A stretch of DNA of 48,872 nt from Clostridia bacterium (GTDB taxonomy: Bacteria; Bacillota; Clostridia; TANB77; CAG-508): contig JAAWFD010000010.1 of NCBI GenBank assembly GCA_022794615.1, positions 1-48,872 of the forward strand. Reading direction: 5' to 3'. A program made the position numbers and the translations under genes. Below the pieces are notes generated by a model that was not told the DNA's origin, did no database searches, and saw only the letters and a program-made list of their open reading frames with translations. Shown here piece after piece: positions 28,579-37,838 of this stretch (position 1 is the first letter of the stretch; each line of letters opens with the position of its first letter).

Positions 28579-30018
28579 ATGACAAGGAATTATTATGAAG
28601 TAATAATAGGACTAGAAGTACATGCAGAATTATCAACAAAAACGAAAATATTCTGCAGTTGTAAAACAGCATTTGGAGGAGCACCAAACACACAAACTTG
28701 TCCAATATGTATGGCAATGCCAGGAACATTACCAGTATTAAATGAAAAGGTAGTAGAATATGCTGTAAAAGCAGGACTTGCAACAAATTGCAAAATATCA
28801 AGAGACAGCAAAAATGATAGAAAAAACTATTTCTATCCTGACTTACCAAAAGCATACCAGATATCACAATTTGACAAACCTTTATGCTATGAAGGATATA
28901 TAGACATAGATATGCCAGAAGGAAAAAAGAAGATAGGATTAACAAGAATTCATATAGAAGAAGACTCAGGAAAATTAAATCATGATGACTTAGGTGGAGG
29001 AACATTAGTAGATTTAAATAGAGCGGGAGTACCTTTAATAGAGATAGTATCAGAGCCAGACTTAAGAAGTGCAGAAGAAGTAGAACAATATTTAAGAAAA
29101 CTAAAATCTATATTAGAATATATAGAAGTTTCAGACTGTAAAATGCAAGAAGGATCACTTCGTGCAGATGTAAATGTTTCCGTTCGCAAAAAAGGAGAAA
29201 CTAAATTTGGAACGAGAACAGAAATGAAAAATATGAACTCTTTTAGAAGCATAATAAGAGCTATAGAATATGAAGCACAGAGACAAATTGATGTAATAGA
29301 AGATGGTGGACAAATATATCAAGAAACACTTAGATGGGATGATGTATCAGGAAAAACATTTTCAATGAGAGAAAAAGAAGATGCACAAGATTACAGATAT
29401 TTTCCAGACCCTGATTTAGTTGCAATAAAGCTTTCAGAAGAGTATATTGAAAATATCAAAAATAGTCTTCCAGAATTACCAGAAAGCAGAAAGAAGAGAT
29501 ACTTAGAAGAATATAAGTTATCTGAAAAAGATGCTAAACTTATAACATCTTCAAAATATTTATCAAATTTATTTGAAGAAGCATCAAAAATTTCAGGAAA
29601 CAGTAAAGCTGTAAACAATTGGATTATTTCAGATATATCTAGAATTTTGAACGAAACAGAAACTGAGCCAAATGAAATACCTTTTGATAGTAAACAACTT
29701 GCTAAATTAGTAATGTTAATAGACAATGGGACTATCAGTTCAAGTATTGGTAAGAAGGTTTTAGAAGAATTATTTGAAAATCCAAGAGACCCAGAAAAAA
29801 TTATAGAAGAAAAAGGATGGATTCAAATTTCAGATGAGTCAGCAATAAAAGAAGTAGTCAATAAAATATTAGAAGCTAATCCACAATCTATTGCTGATTA
29901 TAAAGCTGGTAAAGATAGAGCATTAGGATTTTTGGTTGGTCAAGCTATGAAGGAAACCAAAGGTAAAGCTAATCCTCAATTGTTAAATAAAATGTTTTTA
30001 GAACAATTAAATAATTAA
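28579..30018 (+). CDS. gatB: Asp/Glu-tRNA amidotransferase subunit B
   Basis: IGLEVHAEL, RKNYFYPDLPKAYQISQ, DLNRAGVPLIEIVSEP, DYRYFPDPDL, GFLVGQAMK. Confidence 0.97.
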   Translation: MTRNYYEVIIGLEVHAELSTKTKIFCSCKTAFGGAPNTQTCPICMAMPGTLPVLNEKVVEYAVKAGLATNCKISRDSKNDRKNYFYPDLPKAYQISQFDKPLCYEGYIDIDMPEGKKKIGLTRIHIEEDSGKLNHDDLGGGTLVDLNRAGVPLIEIVSEPDLRSAEEVEQYLRKLKSILEYIEVSDCKMQEGSLRADVNVSVRKKGETKFGTRTEMKNMNSFRSIIRAIEYEAQRQIDVIEDGGQIYQETLRWDDVSGKTFSMREKEDAQDYRYFPDPDLVAIKLSEEYIENIKNSLPELPESRKKRYLEEYKLSEKDAKLITSSKYLSNLFEEASKISGNSKAVNNWIISDISRILNETETEPNEIPFDSKQLAKLVMLIDNGTISSSIGKKVLEELFENPRDPEKIIEEKGWIQISDESAIKEVVNKILEANPQSIADYKAGKDRALGFLVGQAMKETKGKANPQLLNKMFLEQLNN

Positions 30019-30026
30019 ATAATTTA

Positions 30027-30080
30027 AAAAGAACCAAGTATTTTTTGCAAAATATTAGCAGAATAAACTTAGTTCTTTTT
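30027..30080. terminator. Bidirectional terminator between convergent genes
   Basis: AAAAGAACCAAGT...ACTTAGTTCTTTT. Confidence 0.6.
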
Positions 30081-30087
30081 AATTAGT

Positions 30088-30330
30088 CTATCGTAAAATT
30101 ATATCTACTGCATAGCCACAAATAATGAATTCTACTGCAAGAGTTAAACTAAATTTGAAAAGATTAATTCCTATGTCAAAAAATAAAAGATTTGTTGAAA
30201 AATGTAAATATGTAATCAATAATAAACATGAAAAAATAGATAATATAAAACAAAATGCTAATCCATATTTCATGATTTTACTGATTTTTGAGTCTATGCG
30301 TTTAAAATTGTCTATAAATTGTTTAACCAT
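30088..30330 (-). CDS. Small two-TM hypothetical protein
   Basis: GAGGTG RBS; two hydrophobic segments; divergent from cotJA. Confidence 0.65.
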   Translation of the reverse strand: MVKQFIDNFKRIDSKISKIMKYGLAFCFILSIFSCLLLITYLHFSTNLLFFDIGINLFKFSLTLAVEFIICGYAVDIILR

Positions 30331-30480
30331 AATAAAATCACCTCATTAAAATAATTAATATCATATATATGTTAACATAACACTAAGAAACAATCAAATG
30401 AAAATATTGTCAATTGATAAAAGTATGTGTTGTAACCAAAGGAAGAATTTTGTCATATTATGTATAAAGGAGGAAAAATA

Positions 30481-30828
30481 ATGTTAAGTCGTAGATATAG
30501 AAAATGCCATTGCATGAATAACCATGCTCATGTTACTAAAGAGTTAATGGAAGAAAAATGTCAAAATACATGCAATTGTATGGAAAAATATAATAATGAT
30601 TGCGATTGTGGTTACGAAGAAGAATATGATGTTTTTCCAAGTAATCCAATGTTAGCTCAAAGCTATGTTCCTTTTCAATATATGGATCAAACATTTAAAC
30701 CTTGTGTTGGTTTAAAAATGGGGACAATTTTCCCTGAATTAGTTAGCCCTTATGAACCAGGTCAATCTATGGAGGAAATTGCTTATATTGAAAAAACTAA
30801 TAAAATTGGAGAGGGGTGTAATAGATGA
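30481..30828 (+). CDS. cotJA: Spore coat associated protein CotJA
   Basis: LAQSYVPFQ...GLKMGTIFPELVSPY; Cys-rich N-terminus; GGAGG RBS. Confidence 0.85.
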   Translation: MLSRRYRKCHCMNNHAHVTKELMEEKCQNTCNCMEKYNNDCDCGYEEEYDVFPSNPMLAQSYVPFQYMDQTFKPCVGLKMGTIFPELVSPYEPGQSMEEIAYIEKTNKIGEGCNR

Positions 30829-31211
30829 TGATAGCAGACAATATGGAAAATAGAAATATGGGATGTTCTTGTGGTAATAACAATAATGATAATATGTGTC
30901 CTTTTAATTCTGATAATATGTCTACTGTATATGTTATGAATAATAATGACTGTGATGAATCTAGAATGGATAGAGAAGAAATGATGAAGCATATTAAGTG
31001 CTATCAATTTGCTATTATTGAACTTGCTTTATATCTTGATACTCATCCAGATGATAGTAAAGCTTTATGCCTTCACAAAAAATATTCTAGAGAATTAAAA
31101 GATTTGACTGATAAATATCAAAAGGTTTATGGTCCTCTTACTATTAATTACCCTTGTAATAAATGGAGATGGCTTGAAGAACCATGGCCTTGGGAAAGGG
31201 GGAATATTTAA
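30825..31211 (+). CDS. cotJB: Spore coat protein CotJB
   Basis: FAIIELALYLDTHPDD, YGPLT, WRWLEEPWPWE. Confidence 0.92.
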   Translation: MMIADNMENRNMGCSCGNNNNDNMCPFNSDNMSTVYVMNNNDCDESRMDREEMMKHIKCYQFAIIELALYLDTHPDDSKALCLHKKYSRELKDLTDKYQKVYGPLTINYPCNKWRWLEEPWPWERGNI

Positions 31212-31810
31212 TGTGGACTTATAATAAAATGCTTGAATATCCTATAAATATTAAGTGTAGAGATTTAAAACTAGCTAAAAATATTATTTCACAATATGGT
31301 GGACCTGATGGAGAACTAGCAGCTTCTCTTAGATATTTATCTCAAAGATTTGGTATGCCTGATCAAAAGTCTAAAGCTATTTTAAATGATATAGGAACAG
31401 AAGAATTAGCACACTTAGAAATGGTAGGAACAATTGTACACCAATTAACAAAAGGAGCGACAATAGAAGAAATAAAAGAAGCAGGGTTAGACCCATATTA
31501 TACAGATCATGGATTAGGGGTATATCCACAAGCAGCAGCAGGATTTCCATTCACAGCATCAGTATTAGCAGTAAAAGGAGACCCAATAGCTGACTTACAA
31601 GAGGATTTAGCAGCAGAACAAAAGGCAAGAGCAACTTATGAAAAACTAATAGATTTAAGTAAAGACAACCCAGATGTAATAGATCCTCTAAAATTCTTAA
31701 GAGAAAGAGAAATAGTACATTTCCAAAGATTTGGAGAAGCACTAAGAGGAGTACAAGATAAATTAGCAGAAAAACAATTCTATATGAACGATATGAATTG
31801 CAAGAATTAA
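31211..31810 (+). CDS. cotJC: Manganese catalase family spore coat protein CotJC
   Basis: MWTYNK.LEYP, QYGGPDGEL, DIGTEELAHLE, EDLAAEQKAR, FLREREIVHFQRFGE; ATG overlaps the cotJB stop. Confidence 0.93.
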   Translation: MWTYNKMLEYPINIKCRDLKLAKNIISQYGGPDGELAASLRYLSQRFGMPDQKSKAILNDIGTEELAHLEMVGTIVHQLTKGATIEEIKEAGLDPYYTDHGLGVYPQAAAGFPFTASVLAVKGDPIADLQEDLAAEQKARATYEKLIDLSKDNPDVIDPLKFLREREIVHFQRFGEALRGVQDKLAEKQFYMNDMNCKN

Positions 31811-31817
31811 ATAACCA

Positions 31818-31860
31818 AAATAGGCAAGAGTTCAAAAATCGAACTTTTGCTTATTTTTTT
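31818..31860 (+). terminator. Intrinsic terminator of cotJ
   Basis: AAATAGGCAAGAGTTC...GAACTTTTGCTTATTT plus T-tract. Confidence 0.7.
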
Positions 31861-31899
31861 GTTAAACAAAACACAATCGGATAAAAAATACAACATAAC

Positions 31900-31928
31900 T
31901 TTACAAAATATACCAAAAATGGTATGAT
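31900..31928 (+). promoter_or_regulatory. Sigma-A promoter of the ibrA-like cassette
   Basis: TTTACA-17nt-TATGAT with extended -10 TG. Confidence 0.6.
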
Positions 31929-31953
31929 TTGGAAGAAGGAAAGAGGAAAAGAA

Positions 31954-33243
31954 ATGGCAAAGAAATATCTAGAAAAAAATGTATTAGATGCATCACTAGA
32001 AAGATTAGAAATAATATTCAAAAACTTTAATAATATATATTTTAGTGTCAGTGGCGGAAAAGATAGTTCAGTAATGGTACAATTAGCAAATATAGTAGCA
32101 AAAAAAATGAACAGAAAATTCGATGTACTATTTATTGATTTAGAAGCACAATATAGAAATACAATAGAGCATGTTGAAGAATTGAAAAGATTATCACAAA
32201 TAAGAGACTTTTATCATATAACATTGCCAATAGCGTTAAGAAATGCTGTATCAGTATTACAACCAAAGTGGATATGTTGGGAAGAAGAAAGCAGTTATTT
32301 ATGGGTAAGAGATATGCCAAAAGATAGTATTAATATAAATAATTGTCCTTTCCAATGGTTTAAAAAAGGAGAGGAATTTGAAGAATTTATAGTACAATTT
32401 GCCAATTGGTATCAAAAAAAATATAAAGGAAAAGTAGCATGTGGTGTAGGAATTAGAACAGATGAAAGTTTAAACAGATTCAGGACAATAGCATTCCAAA
32501 ACAAAAAAATAACATATGAAGATTATAATTGGACAACAAAAGTAAAAATCAGTGAAAGGCATATAGATGCATATAATTTTTATCCAATTTATGATTGGAC
32601 AGCAGAAGACATTTGGGGAGCAGTAAGCCAATTGAATTTAAAATTTAACAATATATATGAACTAATGTATAAAAATGGGGTAAGTATATATGAACAAAGG
32701 CTTTGCCAACCATATGGAGATGACCAAAGAAATGGACTAGACCAGTTTAAAGCATTAGAATATGATACTTGGAGTAGAGTATTAAACAGAGTAAATGGAG
32801 TTAATTTCGGAAATATATACTGCAAAACAACAGCATTAGGAAATATAAAATCATGTAAGCCAGACTTTATGTCTTGGCAAGAATATACAGTGTTTTTATT
32901 AGAGAGCATAGGAATTTATAATGAGGATTTAATGATGCATTATTACAGAAAGATAAAAAAATTTATGATATGGTATAGTTGCAAATATGGAATAGAAATA
33001 AAAGACATTCCAGATATAGCAGACTGCAAATTAGAAAGTCAAAAAAAGGTGATATCATGGAGAAGAATAGCGAGAGCGATAGAAAAAAATGACTTTTATT
33101 TAAGAAGATTATCTTTTGCACAAACTAAAAATGATGATTTAGAATTAATGGAAATGATACATAAATGGGACAACCTATTAAATAAAACAACTCTAACAGA
33201 TGATAAGATTTTACAAAGAATAATTGAAGAAAAATGTGTTTAG
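31954..33243 (+). CDS. IbrA/YbdN-like PAPS-reductase family protein (DUF3440)
   Basis: PP-loop SVSGGKDSS, GIRTDESLNR, YPIYDW, QRLCQPYGDDQR, RVNGVNFG, SWRRIARAIEKNDF. Confidence 0.9.
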   Translation: MAKKYLEKNVLDASLERLEIIFKNFNNIYFSVSGGKDSSVMVQLANIVAKKMNRKFDVLFIDLEAQYRNTIEHVEELKRLSQIRDFYHITLPIALRNAVSVLQPKWICWEEESSYLWVRDMPKDSININNCPFQWFKKGEEFEEFIVQFANWYQKKYKGKVACGVGIRTDESLNRFRTIAFQNKKITYEDYNWTTKVKISERHIDAYNFYPIYDWTAEDIWGAVSQLNLKFNNIYELMYKNGVSIYEQRLCQPYGDDQRNGLDQFKALEYDTWSRVLNRVNGVNFGNIYCKTTALGNIKSCKPDFMSWQEYTVFLLESIGIYNEDLMMHYYRKIKKFMIWYSCKYGIEIKDIPDIADCKLESQKKVISWRRIARAIEKNDFYLRRLSFAQTKNDDLELMEMIHKWDNLLNKTTLTDDKILQRIIEEKCV

Positions 33244-33254
33244 GAGGAGAAAAT

Positions 33255-33635
33255 ATGGTTATAAAAATGACAAATAAAGATAAAAGATTTTATCAATATA
33301 TGGGAAAGTTTTTTGGGTCAAGAATAATAGAAAAACAAACAAATGATAGAATATATGATGACAACGATAAAGAATGGTATATTTATATAGAAGAAGATAA
33401 AGTAATGGCATTTATATCTATTAGTCATAGGAAAATAAAAAATATATATGCAATAAAAGAAAAATATTTAGAGGAACTATTAAAAGAGATAAAAAACGAA
33501 AATAATATTACATATAGTATTGTAACAAATTCATATGAAGAAATATACAAAAAATGTGGATTTAAAGTTTATAAAGACAATACTTATAAAAATTTTGTAA
33601 CAATATATATGGAAAAAGAACTAGCAATTAAATAG
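33255..33635 (+). CDS. Putative GNAT-fold acetyltransferase-like protein
   Basis: W.IYIEEDKVMAFISI strand pattern, IKNIY, C-terminal IYKKCGF (GNAT motif-B-like); GGAGG RBS. Confidence 0.55.
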   Translation: MVIKMTNKDKRFYQYMGKFFGSRIIEKQTNDRIYDDNDKEWYIYIEEDKVMAFISISHRKIKNIYAIKEKYLEELLKEIKNENNITYSIVTNSYEEIYKKCGFKVYKDNTYKNFVTIYMEKELAIK

Positions 33636-33662
33636 TATAATATCGAAAGGAAAAATGTAGAA

Positions 33663-34220
33663 ATGAATGAAATAGAATTTCCAGTATTAAATGTAAAAAT
33701 GGTAGATATAGATAAAGTAATTGCCAATGATTATAACCCGAATAAGGTAGCACCTCCAGAGATGCAACTATTAAAACATTCTATTGAAGAAGATGGATAT
33801 ACACAACCAATTGTAACATACTATGATAAAAAAAGAGATATTTATATAGTAGTTGATGGATTCCATCGTTATAGATGTGCAAAAGAATATTTTCATTTAA
33901 AACAAATTCCAGTTGTAACAATAGACAAAGATTTAGAAAATCGTATGGCAAGTACAATTAGACATAATAGAGCAAGGGGCACACATCAAATTATAGATAT
34001 GTCAAATATTGTCTTAACATTATCACAAAATGGTTGGAATGAGGCAGATATATCAAAGCACTTAGGAATGGAATTAGATGAAGTAATCAGACTAAAACAA
34101 ATTACAGGATTAAAAGAAGTTTTTTCAAATCACAAATTTAGTAAGTCTTGGGAAGAATACGAAGAAAACACTATTATGCAAAAAATTCACAGCGAATTAT
34201 TAGATTCAAAAGAGAGTTAA
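33663..34220 (+). CDS. IbrB/YbdM-like ParB/Srx-domain protein
   Basis: ANDYNPNKVAPPEM.LL..SI.EDGYTQPIV, VDGFHRY, RMASTIRHNRARG.H, HLGM..DEV.RLKQITGL. Confidence 0.9.
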   Translation: MNEIEFPVLNVKMVDIDKVIANDYNPNKVAPPEMQLLKHSIEEDGYTQPIVTYYDKKRDIYIVVDGFHRYRCAKEYFHLKQIPVVTIDKDLENRMASTIRHNRARGTHQIIDMSNIVLTLSQNGWNEADISKHLGMELDEVIRLKQITGLKEVFSNHKFSKSWEEYEENTIMQKIHSELLDSKES

Positions 34221-34291
34221 TTAAATAATAAATAAGACAATGTTTGCTAATGAGATAATATTTATACAAACATATATAGAAATGCCTATTT

Positions 34292-34942
34292 TTAAATTTT
34301 AAAAATAGGCATATAAAATACAGGAATTCCGCTGGAATATGGAGCAATATCATATTGCTGAAAGAAAATAGCAATACTATTATAAGAAGTTATATAATAA
34401 TTTTCTAAACTAAAAGTATTTAAAACTAATTCACAGTAATTATCAAAATATTGAGTAGGATTTGTTTGTAACTGGCTTTGTATTTGATTATTAACATTTT
34501 TCAAAATATCAATTATATAATAAGGGTTATTAGGGAATAAGTTAGATAATGGAATGCTTTTTCCAGAACGTAAATCCCAATTTTGTGAAGTTCTAATAGT
34601 ATTACCATGTGCACCGCCAGTAAATTCATAATTATCTTCATAAAGACTGATAATAAAATCATTGTTATAAGTAATTGTATATTCTTGTATTACTTCATAA
34701 ATCATAACAGGATAGCCATGTGCTGTATTGTATTCATATAATTGAATAGCATCTTTAAATAATTGATTAACTATATAATTTTCTAAATTCATAGCTTTTG
34801 ATTTGTTATATTCGTTAAAAATATTGCTACCTAATTTATAATAAGATGAAGTAATTTCAGGATATTCAATTCTATAAGTTAAAATTACTGTATTTTTATA
34901 CTTAAGCTCATTTTTTAATTCTCTTTTTTCTACTTTATTCAT
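34292..34942 (-). CDS. DUF4163/DUF3298 (PdaC/RsiV-like) protein
   Basis: ISLY...YEFTGGAHG, WDL.SG, FFQQYDIAPYSSGIP. Confidence 0.8.
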   Translation of the reverse strand: MNKVEKRELKNELKYKNTVILTYRIEYPEITSSYYKLGSNIFNEYNKSKAMNLENYIVNQLFKDAIQLYEYNTAHGYPVMIYEVIQEYTITYNNDFIISLYEDNYEFTGGAHGNTIRTSQNWDLRSGKSIPLSNLFPNNPYYIIDILKNVNNQIQSQLQTNPTQYFDNYCELVLNTFSLENYYITSYNSIAIFFQQYDIAPYSSGIPVFYMPIFKI

Positions 34943-34943
34943 A

Positions 34944-35483
34944 TCAAGACCTCCTGACGATACCATATTGATTAGTTACAGGGTCTTGAAAGTAACCTAT
35001 ATGAGGTGGAAAATAAGTAAAAAATACAAAACCCAAAAATAGAGTTATTAAAACTACAAAAGCAATAAAATTGTTACAGTTATGATTTGAAACTAGATTT
35101 TTATAAGCTACACACTCTCCTAATAAAACTGCAACAAAAAAACTACCAATATCTAAAATAGCAATATTTGTTCCTAGTATTCCAGTATAAGTATAAAAAA
35201 ATATAGTTACAAAAGAAAGAGCGGTAATTATACCTAATACTTTAGAGCAAAGATAGTTAGAAGAATATCTTTTTATAAAAAAGTATCCAATAATTGTAGT
35301 AAAAAACATAGGGAAGAAAAGTAATTTTAAATGTTCCCATGTACTTTCATTAACACTACTAAATGTAGCAACAAAAGGATTGTAATTTGACCATTCATAT
35401 GTAAAATGCAATAAAGTTCCTAAAACCATTGTAAATACTATAGAAAATAATTGGAACTTTAAAATTTGTTTTTTATTTATCAT
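34944..35483 (-). CDS. Conserved membrane protein (DUF6512-like)
   Basis: GTLLHFTYEWS, SVNESTWEHLKLLFFP, FYTYTGILG, FTYFPP...FQDP. Confidence 0.8.
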   Translation of the reverse strand: MINKKQILKFQLFSIVFTMVLGTLLHFTYEWSNYNPFVATFSSVNESTWEHLKLLFFPMFFTTIIGYFFIKRYSSNYLCSKVLGIITALSFVTIFFYTYTGILGTNIAILDIGSFFVAVLLGECVAYKNLVSNHNCNNFIAFVVLITLFLGFVFFTYFPPHIGYFQDPVTNQYGIVRRS

Positions 35484-35568
35484 ATAAAACCTCCACTTAA
35501 CTAATTATATGCAAATATTTCTAAAAAAGAGATACAAAATGGCATATGAAAAAGAGGCAAATAACAAC

Positions 35569-35706
35569 TCATGTTTTATTTTCCCCTTTATTTTTAAAAT
35601 ATGCACAATCAGAACTATAAGATAGAGTTGAATTAATGATAACTTCATAACAACACTTTCCATCTTTCTGAAAAATGCAATTAGAAGAACAGTTAATATT
35701 AGTCAA
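35569..35706 (-). CDS. Small Cys-rich protein (45 aa), absent from the ORF track
   Basis: AGGTGA RBS, TTG start; MTNINCSSNCIFQKDGKCCYEVIINSTLSYSSDCAYFKNKGENKT*. Confidence 0.7.
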   Translation of the reverse strand: MTNINCSSNCIFQKDGKCCYEVIINSTLSYSSDCAYFKNKGENKT

Positions 35707-35768
35707 GAAAATCACCTAAAAATAGTATCTCTAAAGATAAGAATAATATACTAAACTTGCAAAATTTA

Positions 35769-36431
35769 TTATTGATTTTTTAGATAATAATTACAAAATT
35801 TATTAACAGAGCAATCAGAACACCTAGGACTCCTAGCAATACAAGTATTTCTACCATGCCAAACAAGTAAATGATTAACATCTTTTAAATCATTTCTATC
35901 AAATATTTTTAATAAATCTTGTTCAATTTTTTCAGGAAGTAGTTCTGAAGATAAACCAATCAAATTAGAAATTCTTTTAGCATGGGTATCTACAGCAATA
36001 CCTTGAGCCATACCAAAGACTTCAAGCATAACAACATTAGCACTTTTTCTACCGACACCAGGAAGAGACATAAGCTCATCCATAGTTTGAGGAACAATGC
36101 CATTAAATCTATTTAAAACTTCTTTAGCACATAATTTTATATTAGTAGCTTTATTTTTATAAAATCCACATGAATGAACTAAAGATTCTAGTTCACTAAT
36201 ATCTATATTAGCAAAATCTTCAATAGTTTTACATCTTTCAAATAATGCAGGGGTAACTTTATTAACTCTTTCATCAGTACATTGTGCAGAAAGCATAACA
36301 GCTACTACCATTTGAAAAGGTGTTGTAAAGTCTAAACTACATGTTGCATCTGGATATGTTTTTCTTAATATTTCAATTAATTCTTTTGCTTTTTCCTTAT
36401 TTAATTTTATATGTTTTATTTTTGTTGCCAT
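35769..36431 (-). CDS. nth: Endonuclease III
   Basis: LSAQCTDERVN, HhH LPGVGRKSANVV, AVDTH, C-x6-C-x2-C-x5-C Fe-S motif. Confidence 0.96.
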   Translation of the reverse strand: MATKIKHIKLNKEKAKELIEILRKTYPDATCSLDFTTPFQMVVAVMLSAQCTDERVNKVTPALFERCKTIEDFANIDISELESLVHSCGFYKNKATNIKLCAKEVLNRFNGIVPQTMDELMSLPGVGRKSANVVMLEVFGMAQGIAVDTHAKRISNLIGLSSELLPEKIEQDLLKIFDRNDLKDVNHLLVWHGRNTCIARSPRCSDCSVNKFCNYYLKNQ

Positions 36432-36586
36432 TTTTATCACCATAAATATTATACAAAATAAAATTAAAGTGTGTCAATGGGGACGTTCTTTTTGACACAT
36501 TGTCTAATTAAAATATAAGAATTAAATGCCAAGAATAGTACAAAGAACGGTTGGTTGTAAACACTTTGAGATTAATAGAAAAAAAT

Positions 36587-36662
36587 TTAGCAGAAGGTAT
36601 TGACAAGTGCTAAAAAAGGGTATAATATATATGCGTTAGCAGTCAAAAGTAAAGAGTGCTAA
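36587..36662 (+). promoter_or_regulatory. Tandem CIRCE elements overlapping the hrcA promoter
   Basis: TTAGCAGAA-N9-AAGTGCTAA (36587-36613, spans TTGACA) and TTAGCAGTC-N9-GAGTGCTAA (36636-36662); TATAAT at 36621. Confidence 0.92.
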
Positions 36663-36694
36663 AAACTCTGGAAAGCCAAGAAAGGAGTTCTAAA

Positions 36695-37699
36695 TTGCTA
36701 GAAGAGAGAAAAAAACAAGTTTTACAAGCAATTATAGAAGAATATATAAATACAGCAGAACCAGTAAGTTCAAATTCATTAGTAGAAGGGTATGGATTAG
36801 AATATAGTAGTGCAACAATTAGAAATGAAATGGCTGAATTAGAAAAAATGGGTTATTTAGATAAACCCCATACATCAAGTGGAAGAGTGCCATCGGAAAA
36901 AGGTTATAGATTTTATGTAGATGAATTGCTAAAAGATGATAATATAAGTATTGAAGAAATAAAATACATAAGTGATAAGTTAGAAACAAAAGTAAATGAA
37001 ATTGAAGACTTAACACAAATAACAGCAAATACAATATCTGAAATAACACATTATACAACAGTATCAATTGGTCCACAAGTTAAAGAACAAAATATTGAAG
37101 AAATCAAGTTTATATTATTAGGAACAAAAATGCTAATGGCAGTAATATTAACAGACAATGGATTAATAAAGGAAACAATAATAAAATTTGATGAAGACAT
37201 TAATGAGAAGCAAGTAGAAACCTTAAATTATATGTTCAACAACAAATTAAAAGGAAAACCTTTAAGTGAAATAAGTGGAAACTTAGAAGATTATTTATAT
37301 GAAGAAATGTCATATAGTGTAAAAGTAATAAAGCCAATAATAGACCAAATAAAAAAGGTAATACAGCAAGAAACAATACATTTAGAAGGGCAGAACAAAG
37401 CTTTCGAATTACCAGAATTTAATAGTTTAGAAATAGCCAAGAATTTTATGAATGTTCTAGACACAAAAGATTTAATGACAGATATGTTAAATACTGGGTT
37501 TGCTCAAGATATTAATGTATATATAGGAGACGAAAACGAAAAAGAAGAACTAAAAGATTTTAGTATTGTAACATTTAAGCATAAGGTAGGAAATAAAGAT
37601 TTAGGGACAATAGGAATAATAGGACCTAAAAGGATGAACTATTCAAAAGTAATTTCAGTAATGAAATATATAAGCAAAAAACTAAACGAAAAAAATTAA
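36695..37699 (+). CDS. hrcA: Heat-inducible transcription repressor HrcA
   Basis: TTG start after AAGGAG; YI.TAEPV.S, SSATIRNEM..LE, PHTSSGRVPS.KGYR.YVD, IGIIGPKRM.Y. Confidence 0.96.
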   Translation: MLEERKKQVLQAIIEEYINTAEPVSSNSLVEGYGLEYSSATIRNEMAELEKMGYLDKPHTSSGRVPSEKGYRFYVDELLKDDNISIEEIKYISDKLETKVNEIEDLTQITANTISEITHYTTVSIGPQVKEQNIEEIKFILLGTKMLMAVILTDNGLIKETIIKFDEDINEKQVETLNYMFNNKLKGKPLSEISGNLEDYLYEEMSYSVKVIKPIIDQIKKVIQQETIHLEGQNKAFELPEFNSLEIAKNFMNVLDTKDLMTDMLNTGFAQDINVYIGDENEKEELKDFSIVTFKHKVGNKDLGTIGIIGPKRMNYSKVISVMKYISKKLNEKN

Positions 37700-37754
37700 G
37701 ATTTACAGTTCACAATTTGATATATATAATTAATAGTAATCAAATTTTAGATAA

Positions 37755-37813
37755 ATTTTCTAGTTAGTGGGAATTTTTGCTAACTAGAAAAAGAGTACAA
37801 ATAAAAAATATAT
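37755..37813. repeat. Intergenic hairpin, family B, copy 3 (hrcA-grpE)
   Basis: TTTTCTAGTTAGTGGG-AATT-TTTGCTAACTAGAAAA...AAATAAAAAATATATA. Confidence 0.7.
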
Positions 37814-37838
37814 ACACAATAAAGAAAGAAGGTATAAA

